64,000 nucleotides of DNA from Columba livia (Eukaryota). Of this stretch, positions 23,395-35,387 are shown piece after piece (the stretch's first letter is position 1; each line of letters begins with the position of its first letter). The notes below the pieces were generated by a model, which was not told the DNA's origin, did not search any database, and saw nothing but the letters and a program-made list of their open reading frames with translations. A program made the translations under genes and the position numbers. Location: positions 391,066 to 455,065 of the forward strand of contig NC_088636.1 in assembly GCF_036013475.1 (NCBI RefSeq). Direction: 5' to 3'.

Positions 23395-24200
23395 CATTAC
23401 CGCTAATTACCCCCTAATTACCCCTTAGTTACCCCCCATGACCTCAATGACCCCTCAATGACCCCTTAATGACCCCTAATGACCCCTTAATTACCCCCAT
23501 GACCCCTTAATGACCCCTTAATGACCCCCCATGACCCCTCGATACCTCTCATTACCTCTCATTACCCCTTAATTACCCCCTAATTACCCCCCATGACCCC
23601 TCATTACCCCTAATTACTCCTTAATTACCCCTTAATTATGCTTTAATTACCCGGTCGTTACCCCTTAATCACCCCCATTGCCTCCTTAATGACCCCATTG
23701 ACCCCTTACCCCATTAATTACCCCCTTACCCCATTAATTATCCCTTTACCCCATTAATTATCCCTTTACCCCATTAATTACCCCCTTATCCCATTAATTA
23801 CCCCATTATCCCATTAATTACCCCCTTACCCCATTAATTACCCCCTTACCCCATTAATTATCCCTTTACCCCATTAATTACCCCCTTATCCCATTAATTA
23901 CTCCCTTACCCCATTAATTATCTCCTTATCCCATTAATTACCCCCTTATCCCATTGTCCCATTAATGATCTCATTATCCTATTAATTATCCCATTGCTCT
24001 ATTATCCTTATTATCCCATTAACTATCCCATTAATTACCCCCGTTGATCCCATTATCTCCTTAATTACTCCCATTAATTATCCCCATTATCCCATTAATT
24101 ATCTCTGTTATCGCATTAATTATCCCACTCATTACCCAATTACCTCATTGATCCCATTATCCATTAATTACCCCCATTATCCATTAATTACCCCCGTTAT
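23395..24200. repeat. Tandem satellite, about 25-bp unit (CCATTAATTACCCCCTTACC and variants)
   Basis: Degenerate head-to-tail copies. Confidence 0.8.
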
Positions 24201-24335
24201 CCATTGATTCCCCCATTGATCCCATTCATTCATTCATTCATTCATTCATTCATTCATCCATGTGTCCCCCATTCATCCCCTCGTCCCCTCACCCCATTGG
24301 CTCATTCTCCCCTTTGGCCCCGCCCCTTTCTCCAG

Positions 24336-24497
24336 CACCACTTCCTGCAGAGGCCCCGCCCCCCGCGCGTGCTCCTCGCTCTGATTGGCCGAGCCCAGGC
24401 GGCCGCCCGGGCCCTGGACCAGCTGCACCTGCGGCCAATCAGGAAGCTGCTGCTCCCGGATGGCCCCGCCCCCGGCCCCGCCCACCGGGACCCCCAG
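24336..24497 (+). CDS. TAOK2: TAOK2 coding exon 10 (end of kinase domain)
   Basis: The acceptor is cctttctccag and the donor is GTTTGG. The translation is HHFLQRPRPPRVLLALIGRAQAAARALDQLHLRPIRKLLLPDGPAPGPAHRDPQ, compared with [51 protein letters not shown]. Confidence 0.85.
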
Positions 24498-24539
24498 GTT
24501 TGGGGGGGGGGGGGAGGGAATTGGGGACATTTTGGTCAC

Positions 24540-25865
24540 TTTTTCGGACCCATTGTCCCCCATTGTCCCCCCATTGTCCCCCATTGACCCCCATTGACCC
24601 CCATTGTCCCCCATTGACCCCCATTGACCCCCATTGTCCCCCATTGTCCCCCATTGACCCCCCATGGTCCCCATTGACCTCAAGGTCCCATTGGGGTCCC
24701 CATTGTCCCCTTGGTCCCCATTGACCCCCCAGGTGTCCCCATTGTCCCCACAAGGTCCCATTGACCCCCACGTCCCCATTGTCACCTCCTGAGCTCCCAT
24801 TGGCCCCATGGGACATCACCATTGACCCCCATGTCCCCATTGACCCCACTGGGGTCCCCATTGTCCCCTTGGGCTCCATTGACCCCATGGGACGTCCCAT
24901 TGTCCCCCATTGTCCCCCATTGTCCCCCATGTCCCCATTGACCCCATTGGGGTCCCCATTGACCCCCATGTCCCCCATTGTCCCCATTGACCCCATTGGG
25001 GTTCCCATTGTCCCCTTGGGCTCCATTGACTCCATGGGACGTCCCATTGTCCCCCATTGTCCCCCATTGTCCCCCATTGTCCCCCATTGTCCCCATTGTC
25101 CCCATTGTCCCCATTGACCCCCATATGTCTCCGTGGTCCCAATGGGGTCCCCATTGTCCCCTTGGGCTCCATTGACCCCATGGAATGTCCCCAAGATCCC
25201 ATTGTCCCCATTGACCCCATTGGGGTCCCCATTGTCTCCTTGGGCTCCATTGACCCCATGGGACATCCCATTGTCCCCCATTGTCCCCATTGACCCCATT
25301 GACCCCATTGGGGTCCCCATTGTCCCCCATTGACCCCATTGTCCCCCTTGTCCCCCATTGTCCCCATTGTCCCCATTGACCCCATTGGGGTCCCCATTGT
25401 CCCCCATTGTCCCCCATTGACCCCTTTGGGGTCCCCATTGACCCCATGGGACATCCCATTGTCCCCCATTGACCCCATTGTCGCCATTGTCCCCATTGAC
25501 CCCCATTGTCCCCATTGACCCCCATGTCCCCATTGTCCCCATTGTCCCATTGTCCCCATTGTCCCATTGTCCCCCATTGTCCCCATTGACCCCCATTGTC
25601 CCCATTGACCCCCATGTCCCCATTGACCCCCATGTCCCCATTGTCCCCATTGTCCCATTGATCCCCATTGTCCCCATTGACCCCCATTGACCCCCATTGT
25701 CCCCATTGACCCCCATGTCCCCATTGACCCCCATTGTCCCCATTGTCCCCATTGACCCCCATGTCCCCATTGACCCCCATTGTCCCCATTGTCCCCATTG
25801 TCCCCATTGTCCCCATTGACCCCCATTGACCCCCATTGTCCCCATTGTCCCCAATGTCCCCATTG
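24540..25865. repeat. Tandem satellite, 9-10-bp unit (CCCCATTGTC/CCCCATTGAC) with GGGGTCCCCATTGTCCCCTTGGGCTCCATTGAC higher-order markers
   Basis: Part of the CCCATTGNCC family. Confidence 0.9.
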
Positions 25866-25881
25866 TCCCCATCACCCCCAG

Positions 25882-26097
25882 GGGGCGGAGCCCGCCTGCA
25901 GCCCCGAGCGCAGCCATTGGCCGCCCAGCGCGTCCGTCAGCGAATCCAGCGGCAGCAGCGGCGCCAGCGCGGCCAATGACGACGACGATGACGACGGTGA
26001 CGGTGACGACGGTGACGACGGTGACGGTGACGACGGTGACGGTGACGACGAGGACGAGGACGAGGAAGGTCCCCCATTGGCCGCCCAACACCCGCCC
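25882..26097 (+). CDS. TAOK2: TAOK2 coding exon 11 (Ser-rich and acidic linker)
   Basis: The acceptor is atcacccccag and the donor is GTGAGT. The translation is GAEPACSPERSHWPPSASVSESSGSSGASAANDDDDDDGDGDDGDDGDGDDGDGDDEDEDEEGPPLAAQHPP, compared with GAEAPEEE...[30 protein letters not shown]...EGPE. Confidence 0.8.
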
Positions 26098-26199
26098 GTG
26101 AGTCCGCGAGGGTCCCGAACCCCCAAAAACGCCCTAAAATGGGTTAAACGCCCCAAAATGCGGTTGAGACCCCAAAGAACCGTCAGGGCGACGATTAAA

Positions 26200-26790
26200 G
26201 GGTCAGGGGCTCTTTAAGAAACAAGTGGGCGGGGCTTGGGGGGGTGGAGTTCGGGCTTGCAGCCAATCAGCTGCTGAGGAGGCCTTGGGGGCTCTTTAAG
26301 AAACAGGTGGGCGGGGCTTAGGGAGTGGAGTTTTGCTTGCGGCCAATCAGCTGCTGAGGAGGCCTTGGGGGCTCTTTTAGGACAAGGGGGCGGGGCTGAG
26401 GGGGGTGGAGTTCGGGCTTGCGGCCAATCAGCTGCTGAGAAGGCCTTGGGGGCTCTTTAAGTAACAGGTGGGCGGGGCTTAGGGGGTGGAGTTTGGGCTT
26501 GCGGCCAATCAGCCGCTGAGGAGGCCTTGGGGGCTCTTTAAGGAGAAGGGGGCGGGGCTTAGGGGGTGGAGTTTGGGCATGTGGCCAATCAGATGCTTAG
26601 GAGGCCCTGGGGGGCTCTTTAAGGACAAGTGGGTGGGGCTTGAGGGATGGGTTGGGCCTTAGGGGGCGGAGTTTGGGCTTGTGGCCAATCAGCTGCTGAG
26701 GAGGCCCTGGGGGCTCATTAAGGACAAGGGGGTGGGGATTGAGGTGGTGGGCGGGGCCTGAGGGGGCGGAGTTTGGGGGCTCGGGGTGTC
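26200..26790. repeat. Tandem satellite, about 87-bp unit (GGGCTCTTTAAGAAACAAGTGGGCGGGGCTT...GCCAATCAGCTGCTGAGGAGGCCTTGG)
   Basis: About 7 copies, each with a CCAAT-containing GCCAATCAG motif. Confidence 0.85.
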
Positions 26791-27499
26791 TCATTGGTTG
26801 GGAGGGTTTGGGGAAGCTGATGGGGGGGGGGGTCTGGGCATCTCATTGGTCAGGAGGCCCCGTGGGCTCCTTATAAGGGGGTGGGCGGGGCCTGGGAGGG
26901 GATTGGACGAGACAAACGGGGCGGAGTTTAAAGGGGGCGGAGCTAAAGAGGTTGTAGTGTTACCCTATGGGGGGGGGGGGGGGAGCATTTGGCGCCCCCA
27001 AATACCCCCCAAATGACCCCAAATTTGACCCCAAAACCCACGGGGGGGGTTGGAAACAGCCCAAAATACCCAAAAAGCGCTAAAAACGTGTCGTTATTTG
27101 TGCATTTTGGGGTGTCGGAGCCCCAAAACCGTGCGGTTTGACCCCGATTTCAGGCTGAGGATGAGGACGAGGTTCCTGGCGGCGCTAACGAGGCGGCGCA
27201 GCAATTAGAGACTGGGTTAACGAACCAGCGCCGCCAGTTCGGCCCCGGAGGTGACGCGGGGACACGGGGACCCCGAGACCCAAATTCCCGCCGGTTGGCC
27301 CCAAATTCCCCCCTTTCCCGCCCCAATTCCCTCGGGTTTCACCCCAATTTCTGCCCCACTTCCCCCCCCATTGATCGCCCCATTGATCCCCCCAGTTCCC
27401 CCATGAACCCCCCCAGTTTGACCCCCAGTTTCCCCCCCAATTCCCCCATTAATCCCCCCCATTTGACCCCCAGTTCCCCCATTGATCCCCCCAATTGCA

Positions 27500-27930
27500 C
27501 CCCCACTTTCTCCCCTATTGATCCCATTGGTCCCATTGGCCCCATTGACCCCATTCATCCCATTGGCTCCATTGATGCCATTGACCCCATTGATCCCATT
27601 GGCCCCATTGATCCCATTCATCCCATTGGCCCCATTGATCCCATTCATCCCATTGGCTCCATTCATCCTGTTGACCCCATTGATCCCATTGGCCCCATTG
27701 ACCCCATTCATCCCATTGGCTCCATTCATCACACTGATCCCATTGATCACATTGGCCCCATTGACCCCATTGATCCCATTGGTTCCATTCATCCCATTGA
27801 TCCCATTGGCTCCATTGACCCCATTCACCCCATTGATCCCATTGGCCCCACAGACCCCATTCACCCCACTGACCCCGTTCACCCCATTGACCCCATTGGC
27901 CCCATTGACCCCATTGCCCCCATTGCCCCC
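27500..27930. repeat. 9-bp tandem repeat (CCCATTGAT/CCCATTGGC), frame-preserving and possibly partly coding within the TAOK2 terminal exon
   Basis: The strict 9/18-bp period is open in all three plus frames. Frame 2 gives ([11 protein letters not shown])n, continuous with the TAOK2 TM-tail ORF. Confidence 0.85.
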
Positions 27931-28738
27931 ATCCACCCCCCCCCTTTCCCCCCCCTCCCCCCCTCCCCGCCCCGCCTCCCTCCCCCCCGCCCTCCCATTG
28001 GCCGCCGCCCTCCTGGCCGCCCTTTACCTCCGCCCCTCCCTCCCCCTCCTCCTCCTCCTCCTCCTCCTCTGGCTCCTCCCCCGCGCAGGGCGTGGCCACG
28101 CAGGGGGCGGGGCCGTGGGCGTGGCTTTAGCCCTGACCCTCCCAGACCCCTATTGGCGCTTTGGCCTCTTGACCTTGACCCTGACGGCGGGAATTTGGCC
28201 GTTTTTGGGTTTTTCCCCCAAAAACTACCGGGCGTACGCCCCCGTTTGCCTCCTGGCCGCCCAGTTCCTGCTGTTCCCGTGGCTCTTCCTGGCCTGTTAC
28301 CTGCTGGGCGTGGGGGGGCGGGGCTTCCTGGGGGGGCGGGGCTTTGGGGGGGTGCAGCGCTGGCTGTTCCGGGGGGTGCTGCGCTTGCCCCCCCCCGTTT
28401 TCCGCCTCCTTTCCCGTTTGGGTTTCGTATCCGAGCGCCGACTTTACCAATTTTACCCCAAAACGAGACCCGCCTGGCACTTCCGCTCCCGCCTGCCCAT
28501 CCCCCGGCGCGGCCCCGCCCCGCCCCCCCCGCCCCTCCCCCAGCGCCTCTGGCTCCGCCTCCGCCGCGCCTGCCGCAACGGGTGGGGGAGGGGGAGGGGG
28601 GCGGAGCCTCCGAGCCGCATCCCCCGCCCCTCCCCCCGCCCGCCCAAAGCGCCCCAAGGGCACGGGGGAGGGGCTAAAGCGGCGGGGGGGGCGGGGCGGG
28701 GAGCGGTGGCCCCGCCCCCGAGGAGACCGTGGAGGTGA
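27854..28738 (+). CDS. TAOK2: TAOK2 long-isoform terminal exon: Pro-rich and poly-Leu transmembrane tail (5' boundary tentative; stop at 28736-28738)
   Basis: In frame 2 the translation reads ...[13 protein letters not shown]...[20 protein letters not shown]...[19 protein letters not shown]...[27 protein letters not shown]...APPPRRPWR*. This matches the TM tail specific to human TAOK2 isoform 1: ...[13 protein letters not shown]...LWLRVLLRLSPMAF...LYPKTNKDGFRSRLPVPGPRRRNP...ALPPWR*. A candidate acceptor ccccacag at 27852-27853 lies in frame 2. Confidence 0.75.
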   Translation, partial: TPFTPLTPFTPLTPLAPLTPLPPLPPSTPPLSPPSPPPRPASLPPALPLAAALLAALYLRPSLPLLLLLLLLWLLPRAGRGHAGGGAVGVALALTLPDPYWRFGLLTLTLTAGIWPFLGFSPKNYRAYAPVCLLAAQFLLFPWLFLACYLLGVGGRGFLGGRGFGGVQRWLFRGVLRLPPPVFRLLSRLGFVSERRLYQFYPKTRPAWHFRSRLPIPRRGPAPPPPPLPQRLWLRLRRACRNGWGRGRGAEPPSRIPRPSPRPPKAPQGHGGGAKAAGGAGRGAVAPPPRRPWR

Positions 28739-28829
28739 TGGCGGAGCCAATGGGGGGAGGGGGGGAGGGGCGGTTTGGGGCCAAAAGGGGAAGAAACGGT
28801 TCAAAGTTGGGGAACTTTAAAGAAAAAAC

Positions 28830-29900
28830 GGGAAATTTGGACATTTTCAAAGTTTCGAACGTTTGAAAGTCGAAATTTTTCAAATTCTCCAACTTTTCGA
28901 AATTTTCAAATCCCAATTTTCAAATTTCCAAAGTTTCCAACATTTTAAAATTCTGATTTTTCAGGTTTGAAAATTAAAAAATGGGGATTTAAAACTTGAA
29001 AAGTTTGAAAATTTAAGAATTGGGATTGGAAAATTTTGAAAAGTTTGGAAATTTGAAAATTGGAATTTAAAAATTTTGAAAATTTTTTAGAGTTTGAAAA
29101 TTGAAAAATTGGGATTTGGAAATTTTGAGACGTTTGAAAATTTAAAAATTGGGATTTAAAAATCTTGAAAGTTTAAAAATTTATAGCTTAGAATTTTAAA
29201 AAGTTTGGAATTTTAAGAATTAGGATTTGAAAATTTGGAAAAGTTTGAAAATTTAAAAGTTGGGGTTTAATAATTTTGAAAAGTTTGGAAATTTGAAAAT
29301 TACAATTTTAAAATTTTGAAAAGTTTGAAAATTTAGAAGTTGGGATTTAAAAATTTTGAAAAGTCGGAATTTAAAAAATGAAAAGTTTGGAAATTTAAGA
29401 AGGAATTTTAAATTTTTGAGAAGTTTGGGAATTTGAGAATTGGAATTTAAAATTTTGGAAAAGTTTGAACATTTCAAAATTGGGATTTGAAAATTTAGTA
29501 AATTTGGAAAGTTTGGAAATTTGGAAATTTAAAAATTTTGGAAAGTTTGGGAATTTGAAAATTGGAATTTTGAAAAAATAAGAAGTTTGGAAAGTTTGAC
29601 AATTGAAAAGTTTAGAAATTTAAAAATAGGGATTTAAAAATTTGGAAAAGTTGGAGAATTTTAAAATTGGGATTTTAGGATTTTGAGAAGTTTGAAAATT
29701 TCAAGTTTGGGCTTGAAAAATTTGGAAAAGTTTGAAAACTGGAAATTTAAAAATGAAAAAGACAATTTGGTGGTTTTAAAACTTAAAAAATGTGGAAAAT
29801 TAAGAATTTCAGTGAAAATTTGAAACGTTTTGGAAATTTGGAAAATGCCCAAATTTAAATGTGAAAATTTTCAAAGTTTTGAAAACGTTGGGAGTTTGAA
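28830..29900. repeat. AT-rich tandem satellite, about 30-40-bp unit (TTGAAAATTTAAAAATTGGGATTTGAAAATTT)
   Basis: An abrupt drop in GC content directly 3' of TAOK2. Confidence 0.85.
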
Positions 29901-30640
29901 ATTTGAAGATTTTGGGAAAAGTTTCAAATTTACAAATTTTTGAATTTTGAACCGTTTTTCAAATTCAAAAATTTTCAAAAAGTTGAAAAATTTGAGATTT
30001 TTTCCAAAAACGCAGAAATGGGAACAAGAATTTGGGGCAAAAACGGGCGATTTGGGCGTTAAAACAATTGGAGGCGAAAGGGGGAATTTTGGGGATAAAA
30101 GGTCGAATTTTGGGGCCCCAAAATCCACAATTTGGGGCAAAATCCCCAATTTTGGGGCAAAAGGAAAGAATTGGGCCTTGAAAACTCACATTTTGGGGCT
30201 AAAAACTCTAATTTTGGGGGCAAAAAGGCTGAATTTGGGGACTTGAACCCCCCGAATTTTGGGGCGGGAAACCCCCGATTATTTTGGGGCCAAAAATCCC
30301 TGATTTGGGGGCGAAAAAAAAACCCCAAATTTGGGGCCCAAAATCCCGAAATTTTGGGGCAGAAAACTCTAATTTTGGGACCTGAAAACTCCCAATTTTG
30401 GGGCCGGAAAGCCCAATTTTGGGGGCACAAAACTCTAATTTTAGGGGCGAAACGCCCCAAATTTTGGGGCAGAAACGCTCGATTTTGGGGCAGAAATGGG
30501 TCATTTTGGGGCCGGAAATCGACGCATTTGGGACCCAAAACCCCCCAATTTGGGGCCAAAAACCCCAAATTTGGGGTCAGGGACCCCTCCCCCCCCAAAA
30601 AATTTGGGGCAGTTTCTCCCTTTTCCATCATTTTGTGTCA
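29900..30640. repeat. Tandem satellite, about 20-bp unit (CAAAATTTTGGGGCAGAAAAC family)
   Basis: Regular copies. Confidence 0.8.
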
Positions 30641-30779
30641 TTTTTTTTGTTCATTTTCCCCGATTTATTTTATTTTCTTTTGTGTTCAATAGAATTATTT
30701 AAACTTCCCCAAATTCATCATTTTTAGTTGTTTTTTGGGGGGAGGGGCACCCGGGGGGGGGGAGGGGCGGGGGCATAGT

Positions 30780-32820
30780 GATGTCATCAATGGGGGCAGC
30801 CAATGGGGACCCAACGATCGCCCAACAGGGAGCCAGCGATGACCAACAGCCAATGGGGAGCGAGGAGTGGGTGAGGGAGCCACCGATCAGCCAATGGGGA
30901 GCAAGAGGTGGGTGAAGGAGCCAATGGGGAGCCAGCGATGAGCCAACGGCCAATGGGGACCCAGCGGGGTCTTGGTGGGGACACGGGGAACCAATGGGGA
31001 CCCAGCGATGACCCAATGGGGATGAAATGGCCAATGGGGAGCAAGAGGTGGGTGAGAGAACCAATGGGGACCCAGCGATGACCCAACGGCCAATGGGGAG
31101 CAAGAGGTGGGTGAAGGAGCCAATGGGGACCCACCGATGACCCAATGGGGATGAAATGGCCAATGGGGAGCCAGCGATGAGCCAACGGCCAATGGGGACC
31201 CGACGGGGTCTTGGTGGGGACACGGGGAACCAATGGGGAGCAAGAGGTGGGTGAGGGAGCCAATGGGGAGCCAGCAATGACCCAACGGCCAATGGGGACC
31301 CAGTGGGGACCCAACAGCCAATGGGGACCCAACGATGACCCCAATGGGGTCTTGGGAACCAATGAGGACCCAAAGTTGACCCAATGAGGTCTTGAGAACC
31401 CATTGATGACCAACATTGAGCCAATGAGGACCCAACAATGACCCAATGGGGTCTTGGGGACCCAACGATGACCCCAATGGGGTCTTGGGGACCAATGAGG
31501 ACCCAACATTGACCCAACGGGACCCAATGGCCAATGGGGACCCAACGATGATCCAATGGGACCCAATGGGGACCCAATAATGACCCCAATGGGGTCTTGG
31601 GAACCAATGAGGACCCAACGATGACCCAATGGGGTCTTGGGAACCAATGAGGACCCAAAGTTGACCCAATGGGGTCTTGGGGACCCATTGATGACCAACA
31701 TTGAGCCAATGAGGAACCAACAATGACCCAATGGGGTCTTGGGGACCCAACGATGACCCCAATGGGGTCTTGGGGACCAATGAGGATCCAACATTGACCC
31801 AACGGGACCCAACGGCCAATGGGGACCCAACAATGATCCAATGGGACCCAATGGGGACCCAACGATGACTCAATGGGACCCAATGGGGACCCAATGATGA
31901 CCCCAATGGGGTCTTGGGAACCAATGAGGACCCAAAGTTGACCCAATGGGGTCTTGGGGACCCATTGATGACCAACATTGAGCCAATGAGGACCCAAAGT
32001 TGACCCAATGGGGTCTTGGGGACCCATTGATGACCAACATTGAGCCAATGAGGAACCAATGATGACCCAATGGGGTCTTGGGGACCCAACGATGACCCCA
32101 ATGGGGTCTTGGGGACCAATGAGGACCCAACATTGACCCCATGGGACCCAATGGGGACCCGATGGGGTCTTGGGGACCCATTGATGACCCAGCATTGACC
32201 CCAATGGCGTCTCGGGGACCCATTGATGACCCCGTGATGACCCAATGGGACCCAATGGGAACCCAACATTGACCCAACGGCCAATGGGGACCCAACGATG
32301 ACCCAACATTGACCCAATGGGACCCAATGGGGTCTTGACAAGGTCTTGGGGACCAATGGGACCCAGTGATGACCCAACGATGACCCCAATGACCCCATCG
32401 ATGACCCAACATTGACCCCAAAGGGACCCATGGGCACCCATTGATGACCCAATGGGGTCTTGGGGACCCATTGATGACCCCAATGACCCCATCGATGACC
32501 CCACATTGACCCCAATGGCCCATTGATGACCCAACAATGACCTCAATGACCCATTGATGACCCCACATTGACCCCAATGACCCCATTGATGACCCCACAT
32601 TGACCCCAATGACCCCATTGATGACCCCACATTGACCCCACATTGACCCCACTGATGACCCAACAATGACCCCGTTGATGACCCCACATTGACCCCAATG
32701 ACCCCACACTGACCCCAATGGCCCCACATTGACCCCAATGGCCCATTGATGACCCCACATTGACCCCAATGATGACCCAGAAATGACCCCATTGCTGACC
32801 CCACATTGACCCCAATGTGT
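30780..32820. repeat. Tandem satellite, about 20-40-bp units (CCAATGGGGACCCAACGATGAC / CCAATGGGGTCTTGGGGA)
   Basis: About 2 kb of regular copies. The minus-strand ORFs of 330-715 aa are artefacts. Confidence 0.9.
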
Positions 32821-32879
32821 GGGGCGGGGGGTCCCCCACCCCCCATTTGTCCTCAGGGCCCCTCCCCCCACCCCCCCAG

Positions 32880-33354
32880 CGCATTTTTAACCAATTTAAT
32901 TAAAACCTTAATTAAAAAACCGACCATTTTTGAAGCCACGCCCACTTCATGACGCGCCCGAACGCCTGGGTCCACCCGGAAGTGTGTGTGGGGGGGTAAT
33001 TAAGGGTCTAATTAACGACCTGGGCGGGTGGGGGGGCGCGGGGGGGTTGGGGAGGCTGGGGGGAGGGGTTAATTAGGCGATTCATTAATTACTCACGCGT
33101 TAATTAGCGCTTTTTCGCCGCGTCGCCATGGAAACGGCGGGCGGACCGGAAGAGGCCGCGGCGCCGCGCGCGGGGGATGCCGGGAGGTACCGCCCCTAAG
33201 CGGAGGGGGGGAGCCGGGGGGGGGTGAGCGCGGCGCTGATTGGTCGCGGTGAGGGGGGAGCGAGGCGCCGGTTGGCTGTGCGGCGGGGAGGGCGTGGCGT
33301 GGCGCGGTCACGTGGGGAAGCCGGCGTTAAAGGGGCCGCGGGGGAGCCGGGGCG
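32880..33354 (+). promoter_or_regulatory. CDIPT: CDIPT promoter / 5' UTR
   Basis: A unique segment lies immediately upstream of the CDIPT ATG. It contains CCAAT at about 32890, an ETS site CCCGGAAGTG at about 32976-32985, an inverted CCAAT (gctgattgg) at about 33236 and an E-box GTCACGTGG at 33308-33316. A 23-codon upstream ORF starts at the ATG at 33127. Confidence 0.5.
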
Positions 33355-33400
33355 ATGGGCGGCGGGGAGAACGTGCTGCTCTTCCTGCCCAACGTCATCG
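33355..33400 (+). CDS. CDIPT: CDP-diacylglycerol--inositol 3-phosphatidyltransferase (PI synthase), exon 1 including the ATG
   Basis: ATG at 33355. The translation is MGGGENVLLFLPNVIG, compared with human MPDENIFLFVPNLIG. The donor is GTACGG. Confidence 0.9.
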
Positions 33401-35360
33401 GTACGGGAGCTGGGTGTACTGGTTATACTGGGTATACTGGGATATACTGGGGTGTACTGGGGTGTACTGGGATATACTGGGTCATACTGGGGTGTACTGG
33501 GATGTACTGGGGTGTACTGGGATATACTGGGAGTACTGGGGTGTACTGGGGTGTACTGGGGTGTACTGGGGTGTACTGGGATATACTGGGAGTACTGGGG
33601 TGTACTGGGGTGTACTGGGGTGTACTGGGAGTACTGGGTGTACTGGGGTGTACTGGGATATACTGGGATATACTGGGGTGTACTGGGTGTACTGGGGTGT
33701 ACTGGGATATACTGGGTTATACTGGGTCATACTGGGGTGTACTGGGGTGTACTGGGGTGTACTGGGGTGTACTGGGTTATACTGGGATGTACTGGGTTAT
33801 ACTGGGTTATACTGGGTTATACTGGGGTGTACTGGGGTGTACTGGGGTGTACTGGGTTATACTGGGATATACTGGGATATACTGGGATGTACTGGGTTAT
33901 ACTGGGATATACTGGGTTATACTGGGTTATACTGGGGTGTACTGGGGTGTACTGGGTTATACTGGGATATACTGGGTTATACTGGGATATACTGGGGTGT
34001 ACTGGGATATACTGGGATATACTGGGTATACTGGGTTATACTGGGATATACTGGGATATACTGGGATACACTGGGTTATACTGGGTCATACTGGGATATA
34101 CTGGGGTGTACTGGGGTGTACTGGGGTGTACTGGGTCATACTGGGATGTACTGGGATGTACTGGGGTGTACTGGGGTGTACTGGGTCATACTGGGATGTA
34201 CTGGGATGTACTGGGGTGTACTGGGGTGTACTGGGATATACTGGGATATACTGGGGTGTACTGGGATATACTGGGTCATACTGGGGTGTACTGGGATATA
34301 CTGGGATATACTGAGATATACTGGGATGTACTGGGATATACTGGGATATACTGGGGTGTACTGGGATATACTGGGTCATACTGGGGTGTACTGGGATATA
34401 CTGGGATATACTGAGATATACTGGGATGTACTGGGATATACTGGGGTGTACTGGGTGATACTGGGGACACTGGGATATATTGGGAGGCACTGGGAAGGGA
34501 TTTGGGGTGACTGGGAGGGACTGAGAAGGGGCTGGGGGTGACTGGGTCGTACTGGGTTGTACTGGGTTGTACTGGGTTATACTGGGTTGTACTGGGGATA
34601 CTGGGGGGGCTGGGGGGACTGGGATATATTGGGAGGGACTGGGAGGGACTGAGAAGGGACTGGGGGGAACTGGGGTGGATTGGGGGTGACTGGGTTGTAC
34701 TGGGTTGTACTGGGATGTACTGGGTTGTACTGGGTTGTACTGGGTTGTACTGGGTTGTACTGGGTTATACTGGGTTATACTGGGGAGAATGTGCTGCTGT
34801 TCCTGCCCAACGTCATCAGTATGTGGGGGTACTGGGGATACTGGGATATACTGGGACGGACTGGGGGGGCACTGGGGTATATTGGGATGGACTGGGGGGG
34901 CACTGGGATGGACTGGGGGGGCACTGGGGTATATTGGGATGGACTGGGGGGCACTGGGATGGACTGGGGGGGCACTTGGGTATATTGGGATGGACTGGGG
35001 GGGCACTGGGGTATATTGGGATGGACTGGGGGGGCACTGGGGTATATTGGGATGGACTGGGGGGGCACTGGGATATACTGGGATGAACTGGGGGGGCACT
35101 GGGGTATATTGGGATGGACTGGGGGGGCACTGGGGTATATTGGGATGAACTGGGGGGGCACTGGGGTATACTGGGATGAACTGGGGGGGCACTGGGGTAT
35201 ATTAGGATGGACTGGGGGGGCACTGGGGTATATTGGGATGGACTGGGGGGCACTGGGGTATATTGGGATGGACTGGGGGGCACTGGGATGGACTGGGGGG
35301 CACTGGGGTATATTGGGATGGACTGGGGGGCACTGGGGTGTATTGGGATGGACTGGGGGG
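33400..35360. repeat. Tandem satellite, 10-bp unit (GGGGTGTACT/GGGATATACT), switching to about 32-bp units (GGACTGGGGGGGCACTGGGGTATATTGGGATG); it contains a degenerate copy of CDIPT exon 1 at 34783-34825
   Basis: The array fills CDIPT intron 1. Confidence 0.9.
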
Positions 35361-35387
35361 GCACTGGGGTCTGACCCCCCCCCCCAG

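Noticed and set aside
27151-27500. Candidate TAOK2 exon after the acceptor gatttcag ([29 protein letters not shown]...) in frame 1.
   Set aside because: No similarity to TAOK2 downstream of the acidic region. Its frame (1) does not continue into the conserved TM tail (frame 2). Kept only as a possibility under the missing coiled-coil finding.
27217-27936. Minus-strand [17 protein letters not shown]..., resembling a collagen-like Gly-X-Y domain.
   Set aside because: This is the reverse complement of the 9-bp CCCATTGAT repeat. It lies antisense to the TAOK2 terminal region.
34783-34825. Second CDIPT-like first exon (GENVLLFLPNVISMWG).
   Set aside because: Degenerate copy embedded in the intron-1 satellite. 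It lacks an ATG, the residues after NVI are not conserved, and the real exon 1 at 33355-33400 has the promoter.
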